A DNA stretch of 32,000 bases from Breznakia sp. PF5-3 (GTDB lineage: Bacteria > Bacillota_I > Bacilli_A > Erysipelotrichales > Erysipelotrichaceae), in NCBI RefSeq assembly GCF_029504745.1, contig NZ_JAQFIQ010000012.1, forward strand, positions 1-32,000, read 5' to 3'. The notes beneath the pieces were generated by a model. That model ran no database searches, had not been told where the DNA came from, and worked only from the letters and a program-made list of their open reading frames with translations. How positions within the stretch are numbered: the first letter of the stretch is position 1; each line of letters opens with the position of its first letter. This document shows, piece after piece, positions 6,948-15,831 of the stretch. Position numbers and translations under genes: made by a program.

Positions 6948-7163
6948 ATGTCAATGAAACTTAGTAATTCACTATATATACACCTTCATAGAATTGATAT
7001 TGAAGGAAATGAATTATATGTTCAACTAGTAGATGATTACAAAAAACAAAGAAATATCACAGAAGAGTTGAAAGTTAATAAACCATTTGAATGGGTTAGA
7101 GAAATGAATAATATAAATAATTGTATTGAAGAATTAATTATAAAAGAAATAATTAATATTTAG
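6948..7163 (+). pseudogene. 3' fragment of a TnpV-like (Tn4451-type accessory) gene
   Basis: 71 aa. ...ELKVNKPFEWVREMNNINNCIEELIIKEIINI matches the C-terminal signature of TnpV-like proteins as I recall them. The N-terminal half is missing. Confidence 0.45.
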
Positions 7164-7211
7164 TTTCTAGTAAGAGGAAGATATCAGGGTTCATACAAAC
7201 TTGTGAATTTC

Positions 7212-7245
7212 AAAACACGCAAATTTTGTATTTGTGTGTTTTTTG
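7212..7245 (+). terminator. Rho-independent terminator
   Basis: AACACGCAAA (7214-7223) pairs with TTTGTGTGTT (7231-7240), with one G-U pair, then a T-run to 7244. Confidence 0.7.
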
Positions 7246-7311
7246 TATTAATAATACCCCCAGATAATCTGGGGGTTCCAATAAGCTTAAGCGAAGAGAT
7301 AATGAAAAAAA

Positions 7312-7368
7312 CCTCCTGTATAATTGAGGTGCGGCATAGCAACTGCATTTAACAAAAATACAAGGAGG
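7312..7368 (+). promoter_or_regulatory. Stem-loop in the tnpA leader that sequesters the SD
   Basis: CCTCCTGTAT (7312-7321) is complementary to TACAAGGAGG (7359-7368, one bulged A), which contains the SD for ATG 7376. IS200 is known to repress translation this way. Confidence 0.6.
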
Positions 7369-7375
7369 AAAGTCA

Positions 7376-7831
7376 ATGAATAACAATGACGTACATAGTT
7401 TATCACACAGTAAATGGTGCTGTAAATACCATATAGTATGGGCACCGAAATACAGGAGGAAAGTATTTTACGATAGTAAAAGACTAGAAATAGGAAAGAT
7501 AATAAGAGAACTTTGTGAATGGAAAGGGGTAAACATACTAGAAGTAGAAGTATGTATAGATCATATACATATATTAGTTGAAATCCAACCAAAATATAGT
7601 ATTTCAGGATTTATGGGATATTTGAAAGGAAAAAGTAGCCAAATAATATATGAAAAATGGGGGAATATGAAATTCAAGTATCGAGGTCGCTCTTTCTGGT
7701 GTAGAGGATACTATGTAGATACAGTAGGGAAAAATACAAAGAAGATAACGGAGTATATACAAAATCAGTTGAAAGAGGACCGGGAGGCAGAACAACTAAC
7801 AATGGATTTGAAGGACCCATTTGGAAAATAA
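7376..7831 (+). CDS. tnpA: IS200/IS605-family Y1 (HUH) transposase TnpA
   Basis: 151 aa. KYHIVWAPKYRRKVF, HUH motif DHIHILV, and a C-terminal tyrosine region ITEYIQNQ. Confidence 0.95.
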   Translation: MNNNDVHSLSHSKWCCKYHIVWAPKYRRKVFYDSKRLEIGKIIRELCEWKGVNILEVEVCIDHIHILVEIQPKYSISGFMGYLKGKSSQIIYEKWGNMKFKYRGRSFWCRGYYVDTVGKNTKKITEYIQNQLKEDREAEQLTMDLKDPFGK

Positions 7832-7913
7832 AATGCAACACGTAAAGGTGTAACCAAATGAAATGAGGCCCCATTTAGGGGCAGCTGTTGGAGGAGGGCT
7901 ATGCCCGCATAGT

Positions 7914-7937
7914 AAAAAATCACCGGCTTAGCCGGTG
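7914..7937 (-). terminator. Rho-independent terminator of the 292-aa gene
   Basis: On the minus strand, CACCGGC-taa-GCCGGTG is followed by ATTTTTT. It lies 10 nt after the stop at 7947. Confidence 0.7.
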
Positions 7938-7946
7938 GATATTTAT

Positions 7947-8825
7947 TTATATCTCTACAAAATAAGGACGAAGTTGTTCAATTTGTTTCCTATCTAAGGT
8001 AATAATAAAATGTGATTCATCAAATCTAGGTAGGTTAGATAAATCCAATACTTCTTTTAATGTATTGAATAGTATATGCCCTTCTAAATGGGGTTCACCA
8101 GCAAAAGATACAATTCCAATGTACCAATCATTTATGTCTAAATCATCTGACATAATAGGAAGTGCAGGTTCGTCTGGGAAAATAGAATCAACACCTTCTG
8201 ACAAAGTGAAAAATCCAACTAACTTATCATTGTCTATTTTATAAACTTTAGCTTTCGCATAGTATAAATCCTGATTTTGCTTCTCATGTAAATATTCCTC
8301 AAAAGCAATTACTTTGTTTTCTTCATCTAAATCTATGATGCTTTGTATAAAGTTTTCTTCCACATGAAGTGGATAAAGCGCACCAAAGGTATAACCAAAT
8401 TTTTTATCTTTCACAAAAGAATCCAATACATTACCAACCCAGTTCATTGTGTAGTTTACTTTTTCAGGAATATCTTCAAGCGTTAGGGTTTCTCCATCAT
8501 GATCGAATTTTTGAATACCCATCATTTTACATAATCGTTTTGTACATTCATAAAAATCTTCAATATCATGATAAGTACAAGGTACATTCAAATTCAGATT
8601 GATTGTTCTTTCACTACTTATATACTGTAAGCTAAATCCTCTACCTATTTTTTTAGGATCATAGAAAATAATATATGTATCTTCAAATTCACCTTCAAAA
8701 TCACTTAGAATAAATCCTACATCACTAATGCCATATGCATAACCATGAAGTGCATTCGTGATATCCGCAAAGGTGAATTTCTTTTTTATTAATTTTGTTT
8801 GTTTTAAATGTATATCTAGTGACAT
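7947..8825 (-). CDS. Hypothetical cytoplasmic protein (possibly DUF4299-like; unverified)
   Basis: 292 aa, with no TM segment or signal peptide. Overall resemblance to DUF4299 proteins is from memory only. SD GGAGGG lies upstream. Confidence 0.6.
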   Translation of the reverse strand: MSLDIHLKQTKLIKKKFTFADITNALHGYAYGISDVGFILSDFEGEFEDTYIIFYDPKKIGRGFSLQYISSERTINLNLNVPCTYHDIEDFYECTKRLCKMMGIQKFDHDGETLTLEDIPEKVNYTMNWVGNVLDSFVKDKKFGYTFGALYPLHVEENFIQSIIDLDEENKVIAFEEYLHEKQNQDLYYAKAKVYKIDNDKLVGFFTLSEGVDSIFPDEPALPIMSDDLDINDWYIGIVSFAGEPHLEGHILFNTLKEVLDLSNLPRFDESHFIITLDRKQIEQLRPYFVEI

Positions 8826-8887
8826 AAAACCCTCCTGTTAATGTTCGCTTTGTTGATTTAACTATATCATAATTTTTATCCACATAA

Positions 8888-8914
8888 AGAAAAAAGTCCA
8901 AATTGCATTGGACT
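8888..8914 (-). terminator. Rho-independent terminator after the ABC permease gene
   Basis: The stem pairs 8895-8901 (+ strand AGTCCAA) with 8908-8914 (+ strand TTGGACT). On the minus strand it is followed by TTTTTC. Confidence 0.65.
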
Positions 8915-8923
8915 ATAATACGT

Positions 8924-10495
8924 TTATTCAGCAGCATATGCGTTTCCATTCATCATTGGTGAACAGATGTAGAATATAAGTAAACTTAGTGCTAAATTAA
9001 ATACTATAAGGGTGGGAATTAATACGGTAATAGTTTGACTAAAATCACCTGTCATTTTAAATGCCAAGTAAGCAATACCACCACTAGGTAAGCAGATAAC
9101 TACCATTACAAGCATATGTAGCATGGATTCAATAAGTTTATTTCCTCTACTTTTTAGTAATCGAGTTGACAATACAACTCCTGCATAGAAGACAGGAATA
9201 AATGATAAAGTGATTAGAATACCAATGAGCGTTTCCGTTAGTTTCAAATCAACGAAGATAAAACCAATTAGTATCATTGTAACTGCAAAGAGTGTTGATT
9301 TTAATGCAGGAATCAATAATGAGTAAAGCATTTTTTTGATTGGTTTATCAGGAATAAAATAAATATAATTATTTTTAAGATCATCACTTAGAGTAGAATT
9401 TCCTACGGAGTTCATCAAATAAAATATTAATAACCCAAAGAATACATAAACATTTGGATTAATCATTAACGTAAATACTGCTAAGGCGATAAAACTATAT
9501 AAGTCTTGTCTACCAATAAAAGAACGAGTTTTTTTCATAATTAGAAAGTTCTTAGAAAGAATTGCACCACTTAATTGCTTATAGTTAATTGTTACATCAT
9601 GTATTTTTTCTTCTTTTGATTCAATTCCAGCCATCGCTTTTTTATAGTAATCACTAAAGTCTATAGCATCAATCATCGCTTGCTCATAGAAGTAACCTTT
9701 AACGTGTGTTAGTAAAGCTGCTAATATAATATCAATTACAATAAATGCAGCTACTACAATCAAAACAATAAGGGTATCATTTTGATAAAAACCAAACATT
9801 GCAGTTTTAATCCAACCTAAGATGGGAATAAAATCGAAATCATTTGTATACGTGAAATTCACAAAAATATCAGTGAAATTAAAACTACTTTGAAAATAAC
9901 TATATATTGCATAAGCTACTAAAATAATGAAAATACATAATCCAATCCAACGCTGTGTGTTTCCTTTTTTTTCTTTAATCATATCTTTAATATAGAAGTA
10001 TTGTAGTAATACTAAAATGATATAGTTATAAAGAGCTGTAATCAGAAAAGCAAAAAGAATGTAGGTAATTGGCATAATAGCCATCATTGATATAATCATC
10101 ATTGGAGATACTATACTTATTAAACTTAATATAAAGGAATCAAACATTGTTTCAACTGATAAGTATGATAGTATTTGACGATTTGAGAAAGGACCTACAA
10201 ATAAATAGTAAGAATCTTCCTCAAAAAACAATGCTTTCTTTTTTTGAAATAAGGTAATTAGATTTAAGAAAGTGGAAAATCCAATTACAAATAAAGTAAA
10301 TAGTGAATAAGTCAAAAGATCCATTACAGGTTTATCTCTTGTATCAAATACTGGGAAAAACATGCTTGCAAACACCAGCAATGAAAGCAGTGTTGCTATT
10401 GCTGAAGATGGTTTCGCAAAGATACTTCTTACTTTTGCTTTTTTCTTAGTGAAAAATAGTTTAAATAAGTTCTTCATGTTCTTTGTCCTCACCAT
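8924..10495 (-). CDS. Large polytopic permease of the 'putative ABC exporter' type
   Basis: 523 aa with more than 10 predicted hydrophobic helices. It overlaps the 3' end of the ATPase gene. An alternative start is ATG 10477. Confidence 0.7.
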   Translation of the reverse strand: MVRTKNMKNLFKLFFTKKKAKVRSIFAKPSSAIATLLSLLVFASMFFPVFDTRDKPVMDLLTYSLFTLFVIGFSTFLNLITLFQKKKALFFEEDSYYLFVGPFSNRQILSYLSVETMFDSFILSLISIVSPMMIISMMAIMPITYILFAFLITALYNYIILVLLQYFYIKDMIKEKKGNTQRWIGLCIFIILVAYAIYSYFQSSFNFTDIFVNFTYTNDFDFIPILGWIKTAMFGFYQNDTLIVLIVVAAFIVIDIILAALLTHVKGYFYEQAMIDAIDFSDYYKKAMAGIESKEEKIHDVTINYKQLSGAILSKNFLIMKKTRSFIGRQDLYSFIALAVFTLMINPNVYVFFGLLIFYLMNSVGNSTLSDDLKNNYIYFIPDKPIKKMLYSLLIPALKSTLFAVTMILIGFIFVDLKLTETLIGILITLSFIPVFYAGVVLSTRLLKSRGNKLIESMLHMLVMVVICLPSGGIAYLAFKMTGDFSQTITVLIPTLIVFNLALSLLIFYICSPMMNGNAYAAE

Positions 10496-11174
10496 TTAAT
10501 TCAAAAAACAGTTCTTTGAGTGATTTATCTTTTAACTCATTACGTTCAATATCGGCTAATACATGCCCCTGTTTCATAATGATTGCATGATCCCAAACAT
10601 CATCCACCATATCAATGATATGGGTACTCATCAGAATACTAACACCGTTATCTTTTAGTGTCTTTAATATTTGTAAAGTATCCTGAATACTGTTAGGATC
10701 CAAACCCATCATAGGTTCATCTACCAGCAATGCTTGAGGATTTGTCATAAGAGCTAAAATCATTGATAACTTTTGACGCATTCCTTTTGATAATTCTTTT
10801 GCGATGGTCTTTTTCTTTTCCATCAGTTTGAATAATGTAAGATATTTATCAGCAATTTGTTGGTAGTTATCAATCTGATAAGCATTACCAATAAAATCTA
10901 TATGTTCTTGGATTGTAAGTAAGTCATATAATACTGGTGTCTCTGGAATATATCCAAAACGTTTTTTCGCTTCTACACTCATATTATCGAAACTGCATAT
11001 TTTAATACTTCCTTTGAATTTTAATAACCCAATGATACTTTTTATTGTTGTACTTTTACCTGCACCATTTGATCCTAATAAAATAGTTATTTCTCCTGGT
11101 TTTGCAACTAATGATACATCATTTGCTCCAATTACTTTTCCATAGTCTTTTGTAAGATTTTTAACCTCTATCAT
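10461..11174 (-). CDS. ABC transporter ATP-binding protein
   Basis: Walker A GSNGAGKST, signature LSKGMRQKL, Walker B LLVDEP, H-loop STH. SD GAGGAG. Confidence 0.95.
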   Translation of the reverse strand: MIEVKNLTKDYGKVIGANDVSLVAKPGEITILLGSNGAGKSTTIKSIIGLLKFKGSIKICSFDNMSVEAKKRFGYIPETPVLYDLLTIQEHIDFIGNAYQIDNYQQIADKYLTLFKLMEKKKTIAKELSKGMRQKLSMILALMTNPQALLVDEPMMGLDPNSIQDTLQILKTLKDNGVSILMSTHIIDMVDDVWDHAIIMKQGHVLADIERNELKDKSLKELFFELNGEDKEHEELI

Positions 11175-11215
11175 AATTTTTTCTCCTCAATATACATCTA
11201 GTCTATCAATTCTAT

Positions 11216-11258
11216 ATAAAAAGAATACAAATCTGTCCTAAATGGTAGATTTGTATTC
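11216..11258 (-). terminator. Rho-independent terminator after the response-regulator gene
   Basis: A 12-bp perfect stem, GAATACAAATCT (11223-11234) with AGATTTGTATTC (11247-11258). On the minus strand it is followed by TTTTTAT. Confidence 0.8.
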
Positions 11259-11269
11259 CTAAATTACTT

Positions 11270-12010
11270 CTATAATGATAATTCTTTGAGGAGTTTCTTT
11301 CCTTTTCTGGATAATAGACAGAAGGTATTATTTTTCAATTCTACCTTATTATCTGCAAGATAAATGGTTTGTATATTATCTGTGTTAACTAGAAACGAGC
11401 GATGAATTCGTAAGAATTGAGTGCCGCCAATCGTCTCTTCAATTTCTGATAGTTTTCCAAAGAACTCCAATGTTTCCTGTTCTGCATGCATGATAATTTT
11501 ATGTTTGGAAGCAGATGTTTCAAAGAACATAATTTCCTTAATTGGAATATGATAGACACGATCTAATATTTTAATTTGATAATAAGGGTTGTAACTATCG
11601 TTTTCATTTGACAAGCGCTCCTGAATGCTTTCTAGACACACAGCGATACGTTCTTTGATTGTATCAAGATTACCCTTTACAATGTAATCCATCGCTTCAA
11701 TACGATGCCGAAAGGTCTCAAATGACAACTCTTCATGAGAAGTTATGAAGATAATAAAACCTCTTGGATCAAGTTCACGAATTTTCTTAGCTAAGGTAAA
11801 ACCAGTATAAGTATCATCATTTAAATCAACATCCAAGAAGTATATATTTGATACGTGATTACCAGCAATTTCATCCACAATTTTGGTTGGCTTATTTGTT
11901 GCAAGACCAATCTGCATATCCAGATTATTAATCGTTATATAGTTATCAATTGTTGTTTCAATAAAAGAGCACATTTTTGCCTCATCTTCACATATATATA
12001 CAGATATCAT
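11270..12010 (-). CDS. LytTR/AgrA-family response regulator (REC + LytTR DNA-binding domain)
   Basis: ORF track ..12013. The second ATG (12010) sits 6 nt after AGGAGG. REC acidic residues (CEDE, FLDVDL). C-terminal LytTR signature FLRIHRSFLVN. Confidence 0.9.
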   Translation of the reverse strand: MISVYICEDEAKMCSFIETTIDNYITINNLDMQIGLATNKPTKIVDEIAGNHVSNIYFLDVDLNDDTYTGFTLAKKIRELDPRGFIIFITSHEELSFETFRHRIEAMDYIVKGNLDTIKERIAVCLESIQERLSNENDSYNPYYQIKILDRVYHIPIKEIMFFETSASKHKIIMHAEQETLEFFGKLSEIEETIGGTQFLRIHRSFLVNTDNIQTIYLADNKVELKNNTFCLLSRKGKKLLKELSL

Positions 12011-12020
12011 CATATACCTC

Positions 12021-13856
12021 CTATTTCTGAATGGTTAGTTCTTGTATAAATAAATTATCACGAATCTTGGTACGAGTTATCACATTGCTATAAGCACCAA
12101 TAATTTTCTTATAATTGAATAATCCAATTCCACGATCTTTGCCTTTACTGGAATATCCATATTCATAAATGTTTTTTAAATTTGTATCAACATTGCATAA
12201 TACATTATTGATATTAATATAAATAGAATCACCTTCATCTAAAAAGATAATCGAAATTTTAGCGTTATCACTATTTATAGATTCTTCAATTGCATTATCT
12301 AATAGGATACCCAGAGAGCGAATCAAATCAATATTCGCTATAATTGCAGAGTGAATTGGATAAATTACCTCTAGTTTAAATGGAATCTTCATTTGAATCA
12401 TCTGTGAACATTTCATTAAAAGTAAATTCTTAACCTCTGGTATTTTAATATTGTGAAGTGCTTTCAAACTTGAGTGATAATTTGAATTATTAGGCAAGCT
12501 AGTAATTGGTTTGCCAATAAATGCTTCAATTTTCTTAATTGTTGTATTATTTACTTCATTAGATAGATAGTTCAATAATGTTTGATAGTATTCGTGCATG
12601 GCAACAATTGAGTGTTTAGCAGTTGATGTCATTTCGAAATAGTATTGTTGAGAAAGCAATAAATCTTGTTGCAATTGTTCATTTTGTAAGTTGATAATGA
12701 TGGTTGAAATCCCACAGATAAAAACAGGAATTAACAACAATAAAATAATGATAACAAAAATAACAAATTGAAATAGATTTTTTTCAATATTATGATACAA
12801 CATCTGAGCTGTTACCATACCTAAAATACTACAGAAGAAAATAATAAAGAATCGATGGTATTGAAAGAAATTATGAAACGCTTTTTTTAGGTTTTCCTTT
12901 GTTAAGAAAGAACGAATAGGGTAAAGATTTACATTCAATTGTTTTGAATTATCATCCAAGTTAAAGGATTGCGATTTAGATAAAGCTTTTTCTACTATAT
13001 CATGTAATTGTTCAGTATTTGTGTTTTTATATTCTAATAGAAAAGAAGTAATCAAGTTTTTAATATCATGTTTCAAGGAATATAATTCTATTTGCATTTC
13101 ACTAAGCTCATTGATATGAAAGTTTTGTTGATCAACAATTGCTTTCTGTAATTCTAGTTTCCTTCGATTATTTTGCATGATAATCACAATGATGAAGATA
13201 ATTGTAATTAATAGTAAGAATACAAATCCAATAATAAGATTTGCTTCAGCAGAAAGGGGAAGGATTGGATAAAAAACAAATATCATTTCATGCATATTCC
13301 ACCCCCCTACACAAATAATCGTTGTGATAAGTTTCCTTTGTTTTGTTTTGAATAATAATTCTGTATGAGTTGAAAGCGAATATTTAGTAAAAATATGTGC
13401 TAATGCTAGTCCAAATAATGATGAGATAGAATGTATGATTATATTATAGTAGGATGCTGCAATTCCTTCTATTGGTATAGAAAAATGATTTATGATTAAA
13501 AGGCTTGAATAGGAAACCATAGTATGAAATGTATTCATACAATACAAAGTAAACCCAAGAGCAGAAAGAATTTTCCATGCATTGTGATAATAACGATATA
13601 AGATAATTGCTATAAAGATGAATTGGATCGAATAAGTGGCTAAGGCAAAGGTGAAAGGATATTTTACATAAAGAATGTCATATAAATCTGTCAAAAGAAA
13701 AATGTAGTTGAAAGCAATCTGTATAATTACAAACACAATCGTACTTAAAAACCATCCTTTTTTATGAAAGATAGGTGATAAAAGCTTCATTGTGCTATAT
13801 ATCCATGATGCGCCAAAGATTGCAGATATAAAGAATCCTTCTAGCCAAATATTCAT
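12021..13856 (-). CDS. AgrC/HPK10-like GHKL sensor histidine kinase with an extra internal 2-TM module
   Basis: - 611 aa.
- Polytopic N-terminus (aa 1-227).
- H-box-like LKHDIKNL (H263, nt 13068-13070).
- Two further TM helices (aa ~333-388).
- A second H-box-like AMHEYYQTL (H421, nt 12594-12596).
- N-box LLDNAIEE (aa 518-525) and G-box SKGKDRGIGL. Confidence 0.85.
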   Translation of the reverse strand: MNIWLEGFFISAIFGASWIYSTMKLLSPIFHKKGWFLSTIVFVIIQIAFNYIFLLTDLYDILYVKYPFTFALATYSIQFIFIAIILYRYYHNAWKILSALGFTLYCMNTFHTMVSYSSLLIINHFSIPIEGIAASYYNIIIHSISSLFGLALAHIFTKYSLSTHTELLFKTKQRKLITTIICVGGWNMHEMIFVFYPILPLSAEANLIIGFVFLLLITIIFIIVIIMQNNRRKLELQKAIVDQQNFHINELSEMQIELYSLKHDIKNLITSFLLEYKNTNTEQLHDIVEKALSKSQSFNLDDNSKQLNVNLYPIRSFLTKENLKKAFHNFFQYHRFFIIFFCSILGMVTAQMLYHNIEKNLFQFVIFVIIILLLLIPVFICGISTIIINLQNEQLQQDLLLSQQYYFEMTSTAKHSIVAMHEYYQTLLNYLSNEVNNTTIKKIEAFIGKPITSLPNNSNYHSSLKALHNIKIPEVKNLLLMKCSQMIQMKIPFKLEVIYPIHSAIIANIDLIRSLGILLDNAIEESINSDNAKISIIFLDEGDSIYININNVLCNVDTNLKNIYEYGYSSKGKDRGIGLFNYKKIIGAYSNVITRTKIRDNLFIQELTIQK

Positions 13857-13872
13857 TCTATTCCTCCTAAAC

Positions 13873-13946
13873 TATGAATTAATTCTATCATAAATGTTTT
13901 TTGATTCCCATGTATGAATTAATTTGGTTCATCTAAATCATGGTTC
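13873..13946 (-). promoter_or_regulatory. Putative promoter/operator region of the kinase-regulator operon
   Basis: - Minus strand has an extended -10, TGATAGAAT (the -10 hexamer is + strand 13882-13887).
- A perfect 12-nt direct repeat (+ strand TATGAATTAATT) at 13873-13884 and 13913-13924.
- GAACCA (+ strand TGGTTC) at 13925-13930 and 13941-13946. Confidence 0.3.
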
Positions 13947-14259
13947 TGAAGAAGAAATAATAGAAAATAAAATATTTAATATAAACTTAAATATAAAATA
14001 GTAAAAATTAGAAGTTAATGTAATCATTTAATAACGTTCATGCAAAATCATTTTTAAGAGGTTTAATAATCTAGCTATACTTATATGCTGTTTACGTAAC
14101 CTCTTTTAGTTTGTGTTGTAGTATTAATGAACCTAATAGATACGAATATCAACTTATAAAAGAAGGCAAGGATATATTGTCTTGAATTAAACTTTGCACT
14201 TGTTATATTTATACAAATACATGAATATGAAAATCAGATGAAATGATAAGGAGAAAACA

Positions 14260-14670
14260 ATGGAATATGAAATAACATTAGAAAAATTAAATGGAGATTT
14301 AATTACATTAAAAGATGAAAAAGAATTAGAAGATGCGATTAACAACTTAATGAATGAAGTAGTTGGAACTTGTATCACGATTGAGATTGAATCACCTTTT
14401 GATAAAATTATTATGCTTATGGTAGATTGTGTAGAAGTAAGAGAAAAGGGTATGTTTAAAAAGAATAAGGTAATAGATGCATACTATAGAATACATGCAG
14501 TAGCAGATATTGATGAAGATAGCGATTTGATTAACTATTATTACAAAACTAAATCTTGTTTAGAAGTTCAAAACATGTTTCTTGATTTTATGAATGGCAA
14601 AGGAATACCAACGGTATATAGCTGGGCAAAAGATGAAGATACAGATGTTAAACAAGTTTTTGAAATGTAG
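14260..14670 (+). CDS. Hypothetical small acidic protein
   Basis: 136 aa. SD AAGGAGA 7 nt upstream. No recognisable motif. Confidence 0.6.
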   Translation: MEYEITLEKLNGDLITLKDEKELEDAINNLMNEVVGTCITIEIESPFDKIIMLMVDCVEVREKGMFKKNKVIDAYYRIHAVADIDEDSDLINYYYKTKSCLEVQNMFLDFMNGKGIPTVYSWAKDEDTDVKQVFEM

Positions 14671-14684
14671 AAGGGTAAACAAAT

Positions 14685-15257
14685 ATGGATCAACGAAAAG
14701 AAATGCTTCAAAATGAAAGAATATGGGAAGTGATGAATGAACATGATGAAGCGTTGGTGAAAAAATTATATGCAGTAGAAAATACGAATGGGTTAAATGC
14801 AATAAGAAAAGTATTAACTTTTATTGGTGCAATTATTGTACTCATTCAATTTCAAAGAGGAATTCATGCGAATACAGGTATTACAAAAGGCATTATCGCA
14901 TTAATTATATTAGTATTAGCAAATGTTGCTTTTAGGACGTATACAAAATTAAAGATAAAACATTTTGTAAAAGGTGAATTATTCGCTGCTAGAGGACTGT
15001 GTTTTAAAAAAGAAATGGAAGTTGAAAAAGAAGTTTATTACGAAGATGGAAAAAGTTGTATAAGAGAAATCATCCATTATAATGCTTTTTTTAAAATGAG
15101 TGATGGAAGCGAATATACACTTGATTTAAGTGACCCCTATTATAAAAGACTTTCAATAAATGATACTTTTGTATTTGTGAAACAGCACTCTAGAAAATCT
15201 AGTTTTGATTATTATTCACAAAAAGAAATGGATCAGTTGAATACAATAAAGAAGTAG
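14685..15257 (+). CDS. Hypothetical 2-TM membrane protein with a C-terminal soluble domain
   Basis: 190 aa. TM segments VLTFIGAIIVLIQF and GIIALIILVLANVAF. Starts 14 nt after the preceding gene. Confidence 0.6.
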   Translation: MDQRKEMLQNERIWEVMNEHDEALVKKLYAVENTNGLNAIRKVLTFIGAIIVLIQFQRGIHANTGITKGIIALIILVLANVAFRTYTKLKIKHFVKGELFAARGLCFKKEMEVEKEVYYEDGKSCIREIIHYNAFFKMSDGSEYTLDLSDPYYKRLSINDTFVFVKQHSRKSSFDYYSQKEMDQLNTIKK

Positions 15258-15309
15258 TTATTGAGAAAAATAAAAACAATCTATAAATTGAAACCTTGTG
15301 ATATCACTG

Positions 15310-15344
15310 TGACAAGTAAACGTTATGATTACTTGTCATTTTTT
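15310..15344 (+). terminator. Rho-independent terminator
   Basis: TGACAAGTA (15310-15318) pairs with TACTTGTCA (15330-15338), followed by TTTTTT. Confidence 0.8.
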
Positions 15345-15451
15345 AATATTTATTGTGATATTAAGAATGTTATAATATAATTCAGTGATGATTGAATAGC
15401 ACTTTAAATGATTTATTGGTAGATATTACAAATGAAAAAGGAGACTAAGTT

Positions 15452-15793
15452 GTGCTGACGAAGGATGAATTGAAAAAAATTGATAACCTAGAAAAAGAAT
15501 CAAAACAATTACTTGTACATATTAAGGTTTTAATAGCTATGCGAATAATAGCATCAGTTTTCTTAATGCTTTTTTTAGTTTCTGCGTATTTATCAAATAT
15601 AGATAAAATACCAAGTTATATCATGTTTATCTTTTTGAGTTTTGGAGTGATTGTGGCTATATTAAGTGGTATAAGATCAAAATATGGTGAATATGATGGA
15701 GAAAGCTTATTGGTCTTAAGAAGACGAATAAAATCAATAAAAAACGAAATTGATTTGATAAATAAATTTGCATCACAACATGATGATAATTAA
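15452..15793 (+). CDS. Hypothetical small 2-TM protein with flanking helical regions
   Basis: 113 aa, GTG start 7 nt after AAGGAGA. An extended -10, TGTTATAAT, lies at 15368-15376. Confidence 0.55.
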   Translation: MLTKDELKKIDNLEKESKQLLVHIKVLIAMRIIASVFLMLFLVSAYLSNIDKIPSYIMFIFLSFGVIVAILSGIRSKYGEYDGESLLVLRRRIKSIKNEIDLINKFASQHDDN

Positions 15794-15831
15794 ATAAATG
15801 TGAATTTGTTGGATTAAAAAAGGAGAAAGTT

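Larger units (their letters stand above)
7250..7915 (+). mobile_element. IS200-type insertion sequence (IS200/IS605 family, tnpA only)
   Basis: - Left-end hairpin cccccaga-taa-tctggggg at 7257-7275.
- The tnpA gene.
- Right-end hairpin gcccc-attta-ggggc at 7868-7882.
- Boundaries are approximate. Confidence 0.8.

Noticed and set aside
13990-14260. A search for an AgrD-like autoinducing-peptide or bacteriocin precursor gene upstream of the LytTR system.
   Set aside because: Only ATG frames of 10 codons or fewer, without SD sequences, were found by eye. The 63-aa minus ORF 14187..14378 overlaps the start of a better + strand gene and is low-complexity.
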